In this document: positions 19,031-29,642 of the stretch, piece by piece | Numbering within the stretch: position 1 is the first letter of the stretch | Layout of the letters: each line of letters starts with the position of its first letter | From: a bacterium | Lineage (GTDB): Bacteria; UBA8248; JACPRG01; G963555815 | Assembly: GCA_965218795.1 (NCBI GenBank) | Contig: OZ244653.1 | Location: 928,001-992,000, forward strand | Reading direction: 5' to 3' | Length of the DNA: 64,000 nucleotides | Program-made: the position numbers and the translations under genes | The notes under the pieces: generated by a model | Databases searched by the model: none | Told to the model about the DNA's origin: nothing | Seen by the model: only the letters and a program-made list of their open reading frames with translations

Positions 19031-19624
19031 GTGGCGAACACCGCCTCGAAAATTATGTCCCAGGTGATTCGGTTGATCCGAGGAATCCTCGGGACCTTGA
19101 TGCTCATCGGGGTGTTCCTGAACCTCGCCAACGTCATCGGCCGCTACGTATTCCTCAAACCTATCATCTGGGCGGAGGAAATCCTGACCTACGGGCTCGT
19201 CTGGGTGGTCATGCTGGGCGCCGCGCTGGTCACTTGGCGGGCAAACCACCTGAAAATGGACGCAATTTATGACCTGATGCCCCGTAATATGAAGCGGGTG
19301 ATCAATGCTCTGGTCAACCTGTCCATTATCGCCTGTGGGGTTTTCGTCGTCTCTCAGTCCTACATATTCGTCAGCTTCCTGAACCGGGTAGGCCAGAAGA
19401 GCGTTGCCGCGGAGATCCCCATGACCTTCGCCCATGGGGCGGTCCTGGTGGGATTCATCCTGGTCATCCTGGTGGTTTTGATCAGGTTCCGTGACCTCGT
19501 GATGGAAGAACAAAGCATCATTGCCCAGGTCGAGGCGGAGATCGGCTCGGGGGAGGCTTCCCCTTTCCAACCGTCCAGTCTCCAGGAAGGGCCCGAGGTC
19601 TCAACTACGCAACAAGGCGCCTGA
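19031..19624 (+). CDS. TRAP transporter small permease (DctQ)
   Basis: NVIGRY...WAEE...WVVMLGA....H motif; four TM helices. Confidence 0.88.
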   Translation: MANTASKIMSQVIRLIRGILGTLMLIGVFLNLANVIGRYVFLKPIIWAEEILTYGLVWVVMLGAALVTWRANHLKMDAIYDLMPRNMKRVINALVNLSIIACGVFVVSQSYIFVSFLNRVGQKSVAAEIPMTFAHGAVLVGFILVILVVLIRFRDLVMEEQSIIAQVEAEIGSGEASPFQPSSLQEGPEVSTTQQGA

Positions 19625-19651
19625 ACATGGGCCTGACAAAGGGAAATTGAC

Positions 19652-20926
19652 ATGGGCTGGATCATGCTCATTACCCCGGTGGTTCTCCTCATTCTGGGGT
19701 ACCCCGTTTTCCTCTGCTTCCTGTCGACCTCCGCGATTCTGCTTCTGTGGTTCATGGATGTCCCGCTGACCGCCCTCCCCCAGGTCATGTTCGGCGGCGT
19801 GGACAAGTACACCCTGTTGGCCGTTCCCTTCTTCATCTTCGCCGGCGAGATCATGGGGCACGGCGGGATCTCCAGGCGGATCATCAAATGGGTGCTGAGC
19901 ATGTTCGGCAGCTTCCGCGGGAGTCTCGGCCTCACGACCGTCGGCACGTGCGAGTTTTTCGGGGCCATATCGGGATCGAGTCCGGCGACGGTGGCGGCCG
20001 TCGGACGCCTGATGTACCCGGCACTGCGCGAGAACGGTTACGAAGAGCGGTTCTCTCTGGGCCTGGTCACGGCATCGGGGGCCATCGCGGGCATTATTCC
20101 GCCCAGCATCGTCATGATCCTCTACGGGGCCTCGGCCGAGCAGTCCGTCGCGCACCTTTTCATCGCGGGCTTTTTCCCCGGCATCCTCGTGGGATTATTC
20201 ATGGCGGCCTACATCTACTGGTACGCGAAAAGCCGCGATATTCCGATCACGGAGAAGTTCAATGGGAAAGTCTTTCTCCGCGCCACGCTCAACGGAGCTT
20301 TTGCATTGGGAACGCCGATGGTGATTTTGGGAGGCATTTACACGGGGGTGTTTACGCCCACGGAAGCGGCGGGCATCGCCGGAGGCTACGGCCTGCTGGT
20401 CACGAAGTTCATCTACCGGGACATCTCCTGGAAGGGCATCTGGGACGTCGCCGTCAATTCGACCTACCTGACGAGCCAGATCATGATCATCGTCGCCTGT
20501 TCGGGGGTGTTCTCCTGGATCCTGACGATTGCCGGGATACCCGAAACGATGGTGAACTTCATCGGAAGCTTCAACCTGCCCCCCTGGGGCACGCTGGTCA
20601 TCATCAATATCTTCTTGATCATCGTGGGCGCGCTGATCGATCCCACGTCCGCCATTCTCGTATTGACGCCGCTCCTCCTCCCAATCGTCAAAGCCATCGG
20701 AGTGGACCTCATTCATTTCGGCATTATCATGGCCGTCAACTTGGCGCTGGGGATGTTCACGCCTCCTTTCGGGCTGAATATCTTTGTCAGCCAGTCCCTG
20801 TTCCGCGTTCCGGCCGTGCGAATCGTCCCCGGGGTGATTCCCTTCGTGGGACTGCAAATCATCGCCCTGGCCTTGATCACGTATATTCCGCAAATATCGC
20901 TCTATTTGACGCAGTTCATTCGTTAG
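19652..20926 (+). CDS. TRAP transporter large permease (DctM)
   Basis: LLAVPFFIFAG, SGSSPA, IIPPSI, FTPTEA and TPPFG motifs. Confidence 0.93.
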   Translation: MGWIMLITPVVLLILGYPVFLCFLSTSAILLLWFMDVPLTALPQVMFGGVDKYTLLAVPFFIFAGEIMGHGGISRRIIKWVLSMFGSFRGSLGLTTVGTCEFFGAISGSSPATVAAVGRLMYPALRENGYEERFSLGLVTASGAIAGIIPPSIVMILYGASAEQSVAHLFIAGFFPGILVGLFMAAYIYWYAKSRDIPITEKFNGKVFLRATLNGAFALGTPMVILGGIYTGVFTPTEAAGIAGGYGLLVTKFIYRDISWKGIWDVAVNSTYLTSQIMIIVACSGVFSWILTIAGIPETMVNFIGSFNLPPWGTLVIINIFLIIVGALIDPTSAILVLTPLLLPIVKAIGVDLIHFGIIMAVNLALGMFTPPFGLNIFVSQSLFRVPAVRIVPGVIPFVGLQIIALALITYIPQISLYLTQFIR

Positions 20927-20970
20927 GGAGTCAACTCAAGCGGGGACATCACAAACCAAGGAGGGAGACC

Positions 20971-21993
20971 ATGAAGCGAATCGGTTTTACAGTCTGCGCC
21001 GCGGCCATCGCAGTGCTTTTCCTCACGGTGGGCCTTCTGGCCTCGCCGGCATTCGCCGCGAAAAAGTTCAACATGAAGTGCGGTCTGGCCACGCTGAAGG
21101 ACGTTCAGGTGGAATGGGGCAAGCGGTTCTCCGATCGGGTCGTCAAGCGATCCGGGGGCCGGATCACCGCCAAGGTTTACCCCGGGGGACAGCTTGGAAA
21201 CGTCATGCGCCTGATTGAATCGGTCCAGCTGGGTACGCTGGAATGCTGGATGGCTCCCCCTGCGTTCATCGTCGGGGTGGACCCGCGCTTCCAAGTCCTC
21301 GCGGCGCCGGGACTCTTCAAGGACTACGATCACGCGGTTCGGACCGTCAGCGACCCGAAGTTCCGGGAGGTGTTTCTCGGTCTCGGAGAGGCCAAGGGAA
21401 TGAAGGGCGTAAGCCTTGTCGTCTTCGCCCCCACGGTCTATGCGACCCGCAAGCCAGTCAAGAAATTCGGAGACTTCAAGGGGATGAAGATCCGTGTCTT
21501 CGCGTCCCCCATGCAGACCATCCCCATCAAAATGCTGGGCGCGGCGCCCGCGCCGATGCCGTTGATGGAGGTCCTGCCCGCGCTACAGCGGGGCGCGATC
21601 GACGCCGTCCGGTCCGGCGTGTCCATCTTCACCACCTTCAAATACTACGACATCATCAAGGACATTACGGTGACCAACGACGGGATGATCACGAGCATCG
21701 GCATGGTCAGCAAGCTCTGGTATGACAAGCTGCCCCCGGACCTCCAGAAGATCATCATGGAGGAAGGGAAGGCCGTCCAGCCTGAGCTTTTCAAATGGGG
21801 CAAGGATTTCATCGACAAGAACTTCAAGATCTGGACGGATAACGGAGGCAAATTCCACATGTTGCCCGCGGCCGACCAGAAGAAGATGATGGGCATGTTC
21901 TCCACCGTCGGAGGCACGGTACTCAAAGACAATCCGTCGGTCAGAAAGGTCTACGACCTTCTGGTGGCAACGGCCAAGAAGAACGCCCGATAG
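20971..21993 (+). CDS. TRAP transporter substrate-binding protein (DctP)
   Basis: True start MKRIGF at 20971 after GGAGGGAG RBS; signal peptide; YPGGQLG, GMKIRV and EVLPALQRGAIDA motifs. Confidence 0.9.
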   Translation: MKRIGFTVCAAAIAVLFLTVGLLASPAFAAKKFNMKCGLATLKDVQVEWGKRFSDRVVKRSGGRITAKVYPGGQLGNVMRLIESVQLGTLECWMAPPAFIVGVDPRFQVLAAPGLFKDYDHAVRTVSDPKFREVFLGLGEAKGMKGVSLVVFAPTVYATRKPVKKFGDFKGMKIRVFASPMQTIPIKMLGAAPAPMPLMEVLPALQRGAIDAVRSGVSIFTTFKYYDIIKDITVTNDGMITSIGMVSKLWYDKLPPDLQKIIMEEGKAVQPELFKWGKDFIDKNFKIWTDNGGKFHMLPAADQKKMMGMFSTVGGTVLKDNPSVRKVYDLLVATAKKNAR

Positions 21994-22050
21994 CAGGGCG
22001 GCCATCCTGGCCGCACCTGCTTGTGCGTGCGGCGGGCAGGCAAGTCGGAA

Positions 22051-22073
22051 GGCGGGCTCAAAGCCCGCCCTAC
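22051..22073. repeat. REP-like palindrome (GGCGGG-N-CCCGCCCTAC family)
   Basis: GGCGGGCTCAAAGCCCGCCCTAC hairpin downstream of dctP; related to 55153-55199. Confidence 0.45.
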
Positions 22074-22254
22074 CGGGCTTTGAGCGTTTAGCGCGGCAGG
22101 ACCATATCACACCCCTTGCTTCGGTAAGGGGAGCGGATTGAAACGCTTCCGGGAAGGCTCTCGGGTCGAATCCTGCCCTGATGCGCGCGGGGGCAGGCTC
22201 CATCCCGTCACCCCGGCAGGCCGGGGGCGGCGGGCGGGGGAAAGGGATTTCGCA

Positions 22255-23046
22255 ATGCCGAGTATCAAGGCCGGCGAAGTCAACCTGTATTACGAAAGCT
22301 ACGGCGAGGGCGCTCCGGTCCTCCTCGTGCCCGGTCTGGGCGGCGAGGGAGGCTACTGGCAGCCCCAGATCGAATCGTTCTCAAGGAACTACCGGGTCAT
22401 CATCCACGACCACCGCGGGACCGGCCAAAGCGACCGCCCGGTCATGGAATACTCCGTCGAGCAGATGACGGCGGACGTGCTCGGGCTTATGGACGCGCTC
22501 GATATCGAGAGCGCGCACCTGGTGGGCCATTCCACGGGCGGCGCCATCGGCCAGATCATGGCCATCGAGCGCCCGGAGCGGCTTCGAAGCCTGGTCATCG
22601 CGAGCAGCTGGACCAAAGCCGACCCCTTCTTCATCCGGTGCTTCGCCGTCCGGAGCGAGCTCTTGCGCGAAAGCGGCGCGGCCGCCTACCAGCACGCGGC
22701 GCCCCTGTTCCTCTTTCCAAGCTGGTGGATCCGGGACAATGCGGACAAGATTGCGGAGGCCGAAGAAGCCAGCGTCCCCCGGCTTCCTGTGGCCGAAATC
22801 GGCCTGAGCCGGATCGAAGCCATCGTGGCCTTCGACCGGCGGAACGAGTTGTCGCAAATCCGAACCCCGACACTCGTGATCTGCGCGAGGGACGATCACC
22901 TGACCCCCGCGTACTATTCGGAGGAGTTGGCGGAGGCCATCCCGGACGCCGAGTTGGTCATTCTGGAACGCGGCGCACATGCGTGCACCATCACCGTCCC
23001 TGATGAGTTCAATGCGCCGGTGCTGGAGTTCCTGGCAAAGCACTGA
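22255..23046 (+). CDS. rutD: Alpha/beta hydrolase, RutD-like (aminoacrylate/carbamate hydrolase)
   Basis: GLGG.G.YW.PQ, D.RGTG, RCF.VR..LL...G, PLFL.P and ICA.DD...P...S.EL resemble E. coli RutD; adjacent to rutC. Confidence 0.7.
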   Translation: MPSIKAGEVNLYYESYGEGAPVLLVPGLGGEGGYWQPQIESFSRNYRVIIHDHRGTGQSDRPVMEYSVEQMTADVLGLMDALDIESAHLVGHSTGGAIGQIMAIERPERLRSLVIASSWTKADPFFIRCFAVRSELLRESGAAAYQHAAPLFLFPSWWIRDNADKIAEAEEASVPRLPVAEIGLSRIEAIVAFDRRNELSQIRTPTLVICARDDHLTPAYYSEELAEAIPDAELVILERGAHACTITVPDEFNAPVLEFLAKH

Positions 23047-23125
23047 GTAGAAGCGTGGGCGCCTGGAAAGACGGATGATCGTTCCGGATCTCCAATCAAT
23101 TTCAAAAAATATATCATAGAATCAA

Positions 23126-23146
23126 TTATAATTCAATTGATTATAA
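23126..23146. promoter_or_regulatory. Inverted repeat TTATAAT-N7-ATTATAA in an AT-rich spacer; candidate operator/promoter for rutC
   Basis: Seen directly in an extremely AT-rich ~80-bp intergenic tract. Confidence 0.4.
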
Positions 23147-23193
23147 AATTAGTCTAATGTATCACATTAACTTACTTCAAGGAGGACGAGACA

Positions 23194-23580
23194 ATGGCAG
23201 GCACTCCGATAGTCCCGAAGGGCAGTCCACCCCCGTTGGCCCCCTATTCTCCCGGCACCAAGGCGGGCAACACGATTTACGTGGCCGGTACTTTGGCCAT
23301 TGACTCCGATGGCAATACGGTCGGCCCGGGCGACGTCAAAGCTCAAACCGAACAGGTCATCCAGAACATCAAGGCCGTCTTGGAGGCCGCGGGCGCGGGA
23401 CTTCAGGATGTGGTGATGAACCATATCTTCGTCACGGACTTTGCGAATTATGCGGCCGTGAACGAGGTCTACGGGACGTATTTCGGCGAATCGAAGCCCG
23501 CGCGGTATTGCGTGAAGGCCGACCTCGTAAAACCGGAGTTCCTCGTCGAGATTGCCTCCGTCGCCGTTATCGGGGGATGA
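23194..23580 (+). CDS. rutC: Rid family protein, RutC-like
   Basis: PLAPYSPGT, YV.GTL, NYAA.NEVY and KPARYC...LVKP..LVEIA match the RutC subfamily; AAGGAGG RBS. Confidence 0.8.
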   Translation: MAGTPIVPKGSPPPLAPYSPGTKAGNTIYVAGTLAIDSDGNTVGPGDVKAQTEQVIQNIKAVLEAAGAGLQDVVMNHIFVTDFANYAAVNEVYGTYFGESKPARYCVKADLVKPEFLVEIASVAVIGG

Positions 23581-23727
23581 GGGCCTAGAAATTTCCCGGG
23601 TTTCTCGAAATTGCCTTTCAACCTGATCGTACGGCGAAATCCCGTTGCCGACCCATTCGTATCCGGCAGGCCTCCTCGGCAAGCATGATCCCGTGCCGGG
23701 CGCCACTTTCCGGCAGGAGCATATCGC

Positions 23728-24981
23728 ATGGCGACCCCATCCGGACGGGGCAAACCCTTCTATGGGTGGACGATTGTGCTTCTCGGCTTCGGCGCCATGG
23801 CCTTTGCCGGGGGCATCTGGTCGGGATTCGGCATCTTCTTCAAGCCCCTCCTGGAGGAATTCGGCGGGAGCCGGGCCGGGTTGTCCCTGGTCATCACGGT
23901 CGGTATGGTTTTTTGGGCTGTCGGGGCGTTCATGGCCGGGATCCTGGTCAACCGATTCGGCCCCCGAAAGCTGATCGTTTTCGGCGTCGGCCTGATGGGC
24001 CTGGGCTGCCTCCTCTCCTCCTTCACGGTCTCGACCGTGACGTTGTTCGCCACCTACAGCCTGTTCGTGGCCATCGGGACCGGTCTTTCAACCATGAACA
24101 CCAATTCCGTCCTGGTCTCCCGGTGGTTCGTCCGAAAACGGGGGACCGCGCTCGGAGTCTCCACGGCGGGGTACAATGCCGGCCAACTCTTGCTGATTCC
24201 TTTCACCGCATTGCTCATCGGCGCCTATGGCTGGCGGTGGGCTTTCATCGTCTGGGCCGGAATGTTCTGGTTCCTGCTCGGGCCGGTTCTGCTTCAGTAT
24301 CTGAAAGACTCTCCGGAAGAGATAGACCTGGCCCCTGACGGCGACCCGCCGGAAGAACCCGCTCCCGCGGAACCGTTGGAAACGCGCGTCGATTGGATCC
24401 CGCAAGGGGACGTTCGGGACGCCATGCGAACCCGGTCCTTCTGGCTGTTGTTCTCGAGTTATGTGGGGTGCGGCTTCACTGATTTTGTCATGTACGTGCA
24501 TTTCCCGATTTTTGCGACCGGCATCGGAGTGAGCGAGCAGACGGCCGCGAACGCGTTCGGTCTGATCGGGGGGCTGGCCATCATCGGCGTGATCGGGATG
24601 GGCGCATGGGCGGACCGGGTCGGGTTCAAGATTCCGCTCGTCCTCATCTACGCGGTTCGCTGCGTCGGGGTCCTGCTTCTGGCCATGACGGGAAGCGCGG
24701 CCATGCTGTTCGTCGCCGTCGTCGTCTACGGTCTCGTCCATCAGGCCACCACGCCCCTGACGCCCGGCATGACGGCCCATTTGTACGGACGGGACTCCCT
24801 GGGAACACTGTACAGCTATCTCCTGATCGGACATTCCCTCGGCGCTTTGACGGGGCCGTTCATCGCCGGCGCGACGTTTGACGTGACCGGAAGCTATCGC
24901 CCGGTTTTTATCCTGACGGCCGCCATTCTGGCGGGAGCCTCAGCCTGCTGCTCGGGGATGAAATCGAAGCCCGACCGCTAG
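23728..24981 (+). CDS. MFS transporter (OFA/MCT-like)
   Basis: FYGW, NRFGPRK, WF.RKRG.ALG and ADRVG motifs; about 12 TM helices. Confidence 0.88.
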   Translation: MATPSGRGKPFYGWTIVLLGFGAMAFAGGIWSGFGIFFKPLLEEFGGSRAGLSLVITVGMVFWAVGAFMAGILVNRFGPRKLIVFGVGLMGLGCLLSSFTVSTVTLFATYSLFVAIGTGLSTMNTNSVLVSRWFVRKRGTALGVSTAGYNAGQLLLIPFTALLIGAYGWRWAFIVWAGMFWFLLGPVLLQYLKDSPEEIDLAPDGDPPEEPAPAEPLETRVDWIPQGDVRDAMRTRSFWLLFSSYVGCGFTDFVMYVHFPIFATGIGVSEQTAANAFGLIGGLAIIGVIGMGAWADRVGFKIPLVLIYAVRCVGVLLLAMTGSAAMLFVAVVVYGLVHQATTPLTPGMTAHLYGRDSLGTLYSYLLIGHSLGALTGPFIAGATFDVTGSYRPVFILTAAILAGASACCSGMKSKPDR

Positions 24982-25068
24982 CGGAAAGTCAGGTTTCAGG
25001 GTCATTTTCTTCCTGATCGAATACAATAAGACCGGATCACCGAAGGAACCGCGCGGAGGGATCGGCAC

Positions 25069-26457
25069 ATGGCAGCCGCGCAGAGGCTTGACTGCGTCAT
25101 TCTGAACGGGACGGTCGTATCGCCTCACGGCCGATTCAAGGCCAACGTCGGGATACGGGAGGGGCGCATTACGGTCCTCACCCGGTCTCCCCTGAACGGG
25201 GAGGAAGAAATCAACGCGTCCGGGAAGCTCCTTCTCCCCGGACTGGTCGATCCCCACGGCCACATGGCGCACGCCTGGACGAACGGCGACGCCTTCCGCA
25301 ATGAAACCCGGCGGATGATTCTCGGCGGTGTGACCAGCTACCTGGATTATCCGGCTGGGGTCGGGGGACCGCTTGGTTCGATCGGCGGGTGGATCTCCCA
25401 CATCGAGTCCCATTCCTACGTGGACATCGGGATCCAGCCCATCATCAACGGCGCTGAGATCCTTTCCGAACTCGAACAGCTATTCAAGAAATATGGGGTT
25501 TCTTCGTTCAAGTTTTTCTTCGGCGGGCAGGAGCGTGAACTCTATCCTCACATCTTCGCCCTGAACGACGGGGTCCTGCTTCGGGGCTTCGAGATCGTCT
25601 CCGCCCTCGGGCCCCCGGCCCGCGCGTGCGTCCACGCGGAAAACTGGGAAATCGGGTGGTTCCTGGAAAAGGAGTTACGCGAAAGCGGGCGCACGGACGG
25701 GCCGGTCTGGACGGACGCTCACCCCCACATCTGCGAAGAGGAATCCATCGAGCGGGCCCTCCTCTATGCCGCCCAGGCAACATGCCCCCTTTACATTGTC
25801 CACATCGCCCTCGGAAAGGGACCGAAACTCCTCGAAAGGGCGAAAAGGCGGGGGGTCGATGTCGTCGGTGAGACCTGCCCCCATTACCTTTCGATGCATC
25901 GTGGCCACCGCCTGATCGGGCCGGCCAAATACAACCCGGCGGTCAAATTGAAAAAGGATCAGGATGAAATCTGGGAAGCGGTGGTCGGCCGGGGGCTTGA
26001 CTGCATCGGCTCGGACCATATCGCTTCGACCGGGCAGGAGGAGGGGTTTGTCGACAAGGACAAGGATATATGGAATGCGTGGGCCGGGCTTCCCGGTTCA
26101 GGCACGATCCTGTCCACCCTCCTGCAAGGGGTCCGGAAAAAGGGACTCAGCTTTGAAAGGCTCGCGGAGGTCTCGAGCTACAATCCGGCCCGGACCTTCG
26201 GGCTTTACCCCCGCAAGGGGCACATCGGCCCGGGGGCCGACGCTGACATCGTGATCCTGGACCCGGACAAGGGTTTCACATTCCGGAACGAGGATTTCCT
26301 CCTGAAGGTCTCCCTCCTGGACGGCGTGCGGATCAAGGGCAAAGTCGACAGGGTCATTCTTCGCGGAAGAACAGTCGCCGAGAACGGCCGGGTGGTTCCC
26401 CAGGAGCCTACCGGCCAATATCTGGAGCGCAGAGGAACCAATGGGGCACGGGTGTAA
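25069..26457 (+). CDS. Cyclic amidohydrolase (dihydropyrimidinase/allantoinase/dihydroorotase family)
   Basis: PGLVDPHGH, SFK, HAE, ETCPHYL, GSDH, NPAR.FGLYPRKG and GADADIVI motifs. Confidence 0.88.
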   Translation: MAAAQRLDCVILNGTVVSPHGRFKANVGIREGRITVLTRSPLNGEEEINASGKLLLPGLVDPHGHMAHAWTNGDAFRNETRRMILGGVTSYLDYPAGVGGPLGSIGGWISHIESHSYVDIGIQPIINGAEILSELEQLFKKYGVSSFKFFFGGQERELYPHIFALNDGVLLRGFEIVSALGPPARACVHAENWEIGWFLEKELRESGRTDGPVWTDAHPHICEEESIERALLYAAQATCPLYIVHIALGKGPKLLERAKRRGVDVVGETCPHYLSMHRGHRLIGPAKYNPAVKLKKDQDEIWEAVVGRGLDCIGSDHIASTGQEEGFVDKDKDIWNAWAGLPGSGTILSTLLQGVRKKGLSFERLAEVSSYNPARTFGLYPRKGHIGPGADADIVILDPDKGFTFRNEDFLLKVSLLDGVRIKGKVDRVILRGRTVAENGRVVPQEPTGQYLERRGTNGARV

Positions 26458-26610
26458 GGGTTGCCGTTGCGGCCATTCAATCATTCACAGAGCTCCCTGT
26501 GTATCCGCAAACGAGCCGGAAGGGTCCCGGAGTTTCTCCGGCCGAAGCCGCATTCCGCGGCCAGGTAGAAAACCTTGACGTAACGATCGGCCGCGGCGAA
26601 CCGTTCCGGT

Positions 26611-27285
26611 TCAGTCCCAAACAAGCCGCGGGATATAGCCCTCATCTTCCGGGTATGAGGTCACGGGCTTCAGCCCCTCCGCCCGCTTGTGCATCTGAAT
26701 GGTCTTCAGGTGGACGTAGGCTTCCCACAGGCAGTGCCGGAAGGCGGCCTCGAGGTTCTGGTGGAAAAGGTCGGGATCGCTCTCGTCCTTCCAAAATCCG
26801 ACCGGGTGCGCCGGCACGACAAGGCTCTCCAGATACTCCTTCACGCTCTCCCCTGTTTCCCATTTCATGTCGGGCGGCGTTCTCCTCTCCAGGACTTTGT
26901 CCCTCAACGAGCCCAGCGTCTCGTTCCCGAGAATATCCCGGGCAAGCGTACAGCTGTCCTCGAATGCTGCATGGATCTCGTCCATGGTCCGGAACTTTTT
27001 CGGGTCAAGCATGCGGTCCGCCCCGCCCGCGTGAACCAGCTCGATATCGCGCGGCAGATCTCCCCCGAACAGCGTCTTCCCCCAGAAGAGGAGGAAATGC
27101 AGGTAGGGGATCCAGGCCACGTGGCCGACTTGTTCGCGGACCGACCACTGCCCCCAGCCCTTGTCCATTCGCCGGCGGTCGAGTTGTTCATCCGCCATGC
27201 CGCGGACTTCATCTCTGAAAATATCGGGCAACGTGGCGTATTCGGGAAAGATTACGATCGCGGGGATGTTGAGATCCTCGGACAT
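26611..27285 (-). CDS. DinB-like family protein
   Basis: WSVREQVGHV N-terminal motif and C-terminal H...E..H..I motif. Confidence 0.6.
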   Translation of the reverse strand: MSEDLNIPAIVIFPEYATLPDIFRDEVRGMADEQLDRRRMDKGWGQWSVREQVGHVAWIPYLHFLLFWGKTLFGGDLPRDIELVHAGGADRMLDPKKFRTMDEIHAAFEDSCTLARDILGNETLGSLRDKVLERRTPPDMKWETGESVKEYLESLVVPAHPVGFWKDESDPDLFHQNLEAAFRHCLWEAYVHLKTIQMHKRAEGLKPVTSYPEDEGYIPRLVWD

Positions 27286-27435
27286 TGGACGGCTCCGGAT
27301 TCAGCAGGAAAAATCACGAATCGGGGTTTGCTCTATCAGGCCCCGGCTCTCGATGTCATTCCGAGCGGATGCCGTTTGGCTTTCGCGGGTAATCTGCTCC
27401 AGCCGATACCGCTTGCTTCCGCCTGGTTCGGCAAT

Positions 27436-28821
27436 CTACTTTTCGAATAACGGCGCCTTTCCCAGATACCCGCTCCACGCGAACCAGTAGGCAATGTGTC
27501 CGGGCAGACGCGATAGTGTCCGCCCGCCGGTCCCGATCAACGCCGCTTCGGTGACCTTCCAGACCTCCTCCCCGGCGGACAGGCGGGCGGGACCCGGACC
27601 CTTCTTGAACTGCCGGCCGCCCGATCGGTACGCCCGGACTGTACGGTTTGCGGCGTCGCCGACGAGCACGATATCCACCACCCCCACCCTGTCGTTGATC
27701 ACTCGCCCGCCTTTGAAGGCCGTCAGCGGCCACGCCTTTTCCGCACCGGTGATCCGCAGTCCAAAGACGTAATCCTTCGGCCGGAGACGCCCGTCCGAGA
27801 CGGCCGCGGGAAACATCAGGGCCGTACTCGAAAAATATTTCCCATACGGTTTTCCTGGCGTGTAATCCCGCTGATGCCCGGTCTTCAACGAGAGCGCTTT
27901 GGTCTCGGGGTGCCCCTTCAGCCATTCCGCCCAGGATGTGATCACCAGGGGCAGCACGTTCAGCCGGATGCCGGAGCCTGTCAGTTTTCCCGCCACGGGC
28001 CGGCCGGTGAACTGGTTCCAGAGGGAATGGGTCTGGTGGTCATACATCAGCTTGTTTGAGCGAAAGAGGAAACCGGACGACCCGAACACAAAGGGCTTCC
28101 TTCTGCCCTCGGTCCTTGTGTCGAACAGAATGCCCGACCCGCACAGGGTGCAATAGGCGAGAGAAACCGGTACACCCCCTACCACGTCGTTCAGCATTTC
28201 GTGCCAGTCCATGATTCGAAGGGGGTAGGCGCGCGCGTCCCCGGCGATTTCCACGCCGAAGACCAAATCCTCGCCCGTCAGATAGTCCGCCTCCTTCGCG
28301 GCGACCAGTTTCGGATTCGTCAGCGCCGGAATCCCGTCCTTCTTGACGCCGCCCCAGACGATCTCCTCCAACCGAATCTCGTGCTTCATCCCCGGCAGCA
28401 GAAAGAGACGGAAGTTTTCGTCGATGAAGGAGAAGAGATCGGCCTGAAATCGATCGTACCCGTCAAAAGGCTTGACTTCGGGGTGGGCCTGCTGCCAGAG
28501 CATCCAGTCGAACCATCTCCCTCCGTTGTCCGCGCCCGTTACGTGCCGCAACACGGACAGGATTTTGGTCTTGTGACCGGGGACGAACCGAAGGACCTTG
28601 ATCAGCGGGGCGGCCATGTCCGGCTTTCCCCGTTGGACAATCCGCATCAACGCCGCATCCCGAATCTCGGAAGCGGGCGCGAATAACGCAATCGCCATCT
28701 CATGGGGCTCATCGATCTGCTCGAAGACGGCTTCGAACTGTTGTGCGATCGCCTTTGCTGGGAAACAACACAGAACCAGCGCCAGCGACGTCGGGATCAG
28801 GCGTTTCTTGAATCCAGCCAT
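27436..28821 (-). CDS. DUF3179 domain exported protein
   Basis: Signal peptide; WGGV.KDGIPAL..P, RAYP..I..WHE..ND, YCTLCGS, SN.LMYD..T.SLW.Q and YWFAW motifs. Confidence 0.88.
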   Translation of the reverse strand: MAGFKKRLIPTSLALVLCCFPAKAIAQQFEAVFEQIDEPHEMAIALFAPASEIRDAALMRIVQRGKPDMAAPLIKVLRFVPGHKTKILSVLRHVTGADNGGRWFDWMLWQQAHPEVKPFDGYDRFQADLFSFIDENFRLFLLPGMKHEIRLEEIVWGGVKKDGIPALTNPKLVAAKEADYLTGEDLVFGVEIAGDARAYPLRIMDWHEMLNDVVGGVPVSLAYCTLCGSGILFDTRTEGRRKPFVFGSSGFLFRSNKLMYDHQTHSLWNQFTGRPVAGKLTGSGIRLNVLPLVITSWAEWLKGHPETKALSLKTGHQRDYTPGKPYGKYFSSTALMFPAAVSDGRLRPKDYVFGLRITGAEKAWPLTAFKGGRVINDRVGVVDIVLVGDAANRTVRAYRSGGRQFKKGPGPARLSAGEEVWKVTEAALIGTGGRTLSRLPGHIAYWFAWSGYLGKAPLFEK

Positions 28822-28994
28822 GGACCCTGTCCTCGGGGGACCCGGATGATAGAGGAAGCGGCCTGGGCGGCGGCTATATTTGTCCTCTTCAGCTTCAGTC
28901 GATCGTATACTAAAAAGTGGAAGGCAACCCTTAAAGATTCAAATTGCGGAGCCGCGCGTGAAATTTCAATTCACCATCGGAAAGGGGAAAAACC

Positions 28995-29630
28995 ATGAAC
29001 GCCTTATCGTCACTGGTGCCGGAAGAAACCGCTCTCGTGGTGGTCGACATGCAGAACGGGTACGTGGATCCCGAGGGAGGGCTTGCGCAGGCCGGCATGT
29101 CGATCCCGGATGCGGACACGATTGTGGACAATACGGCAAAACTCGTCCGCGCCTGCCACGATGCCGACATCCCCGTTTTGTTCTCACGCCAGGAGCATTG
29201 GCCGGACGATCACACCCGGGCCAAGCACCGTCTCCCGATGCATCTGTCAAAGAACAAGCTCCGCGTCGCCGAGCGCGGAACCTGGGACTCCGATATCGTT
29301 CCAGCGCTTCAGGAGGAAATCCGGTCCGAGGACCATGTCTTCGTGAAACACCGGATGTCGTGCTTTTTCGACACCAACCTGGACACGAAGCTCCGGATGC
29401 TGGACGCCTCCTTGCTGATCGTTTGCGGACTGGTGACGAACGTCTGCGTGGAATCGACCATCCGGGACGCCTACTTCCGGGATTACGACATCATGGCGGT
29501 CGGTGATGGCATGGGTTCCTGGATACAGGACCTTCACGACGCCACGCTGAAAAACGTCCGGCTCCTGTTTGGGGAGGTTCACTCCACGGAAGAGATGCTT
29601 TCGCTCCTGGGGGTCAAGGCGGCGGTCTGA
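28995..29630 (+). CDS. Isochorismatase-family cysteine hydrolase (RutB-like)
   Basis: VVDMQNGY (Asp), K.R.S.F (Lys) and TNVCVESTIRDA (Cys) triad. Confidence 0.85.
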   Translation: MNALSSLVPEETALVVVDMQNGYVDPEGGLAQAGMSIPDADTIVDNTAKLVRACHDADIPVLFSRQEHWPDDHTRAKHRLPMHLSKNKLRVAERGTWDSDIVPALQEEIRSEDHVFVKHRMSCFFDTNLDTKLRMLDASLLIVCGLVTNVCVESTIRDAYFRDYDIMAVGDGMGSWIQDLHDATLKNVRLLFGEVHSTEEMLSLLGVKAAV

Positions 29631-29642
29631 TCCCTCCGGGAA

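Noticed and set aside
19747-20970. 748-aa ORF suggesting a long N-terminal extension of DctP
   Set aside because: The extension is an off-frame shadow of dctM; the real DctP starts at 20971 with RBS and signal peptide.
27436-28821. DUF3179 as a selenoprotein
   Set aside because: The motif is plain CTLC with no in-frame TGA.
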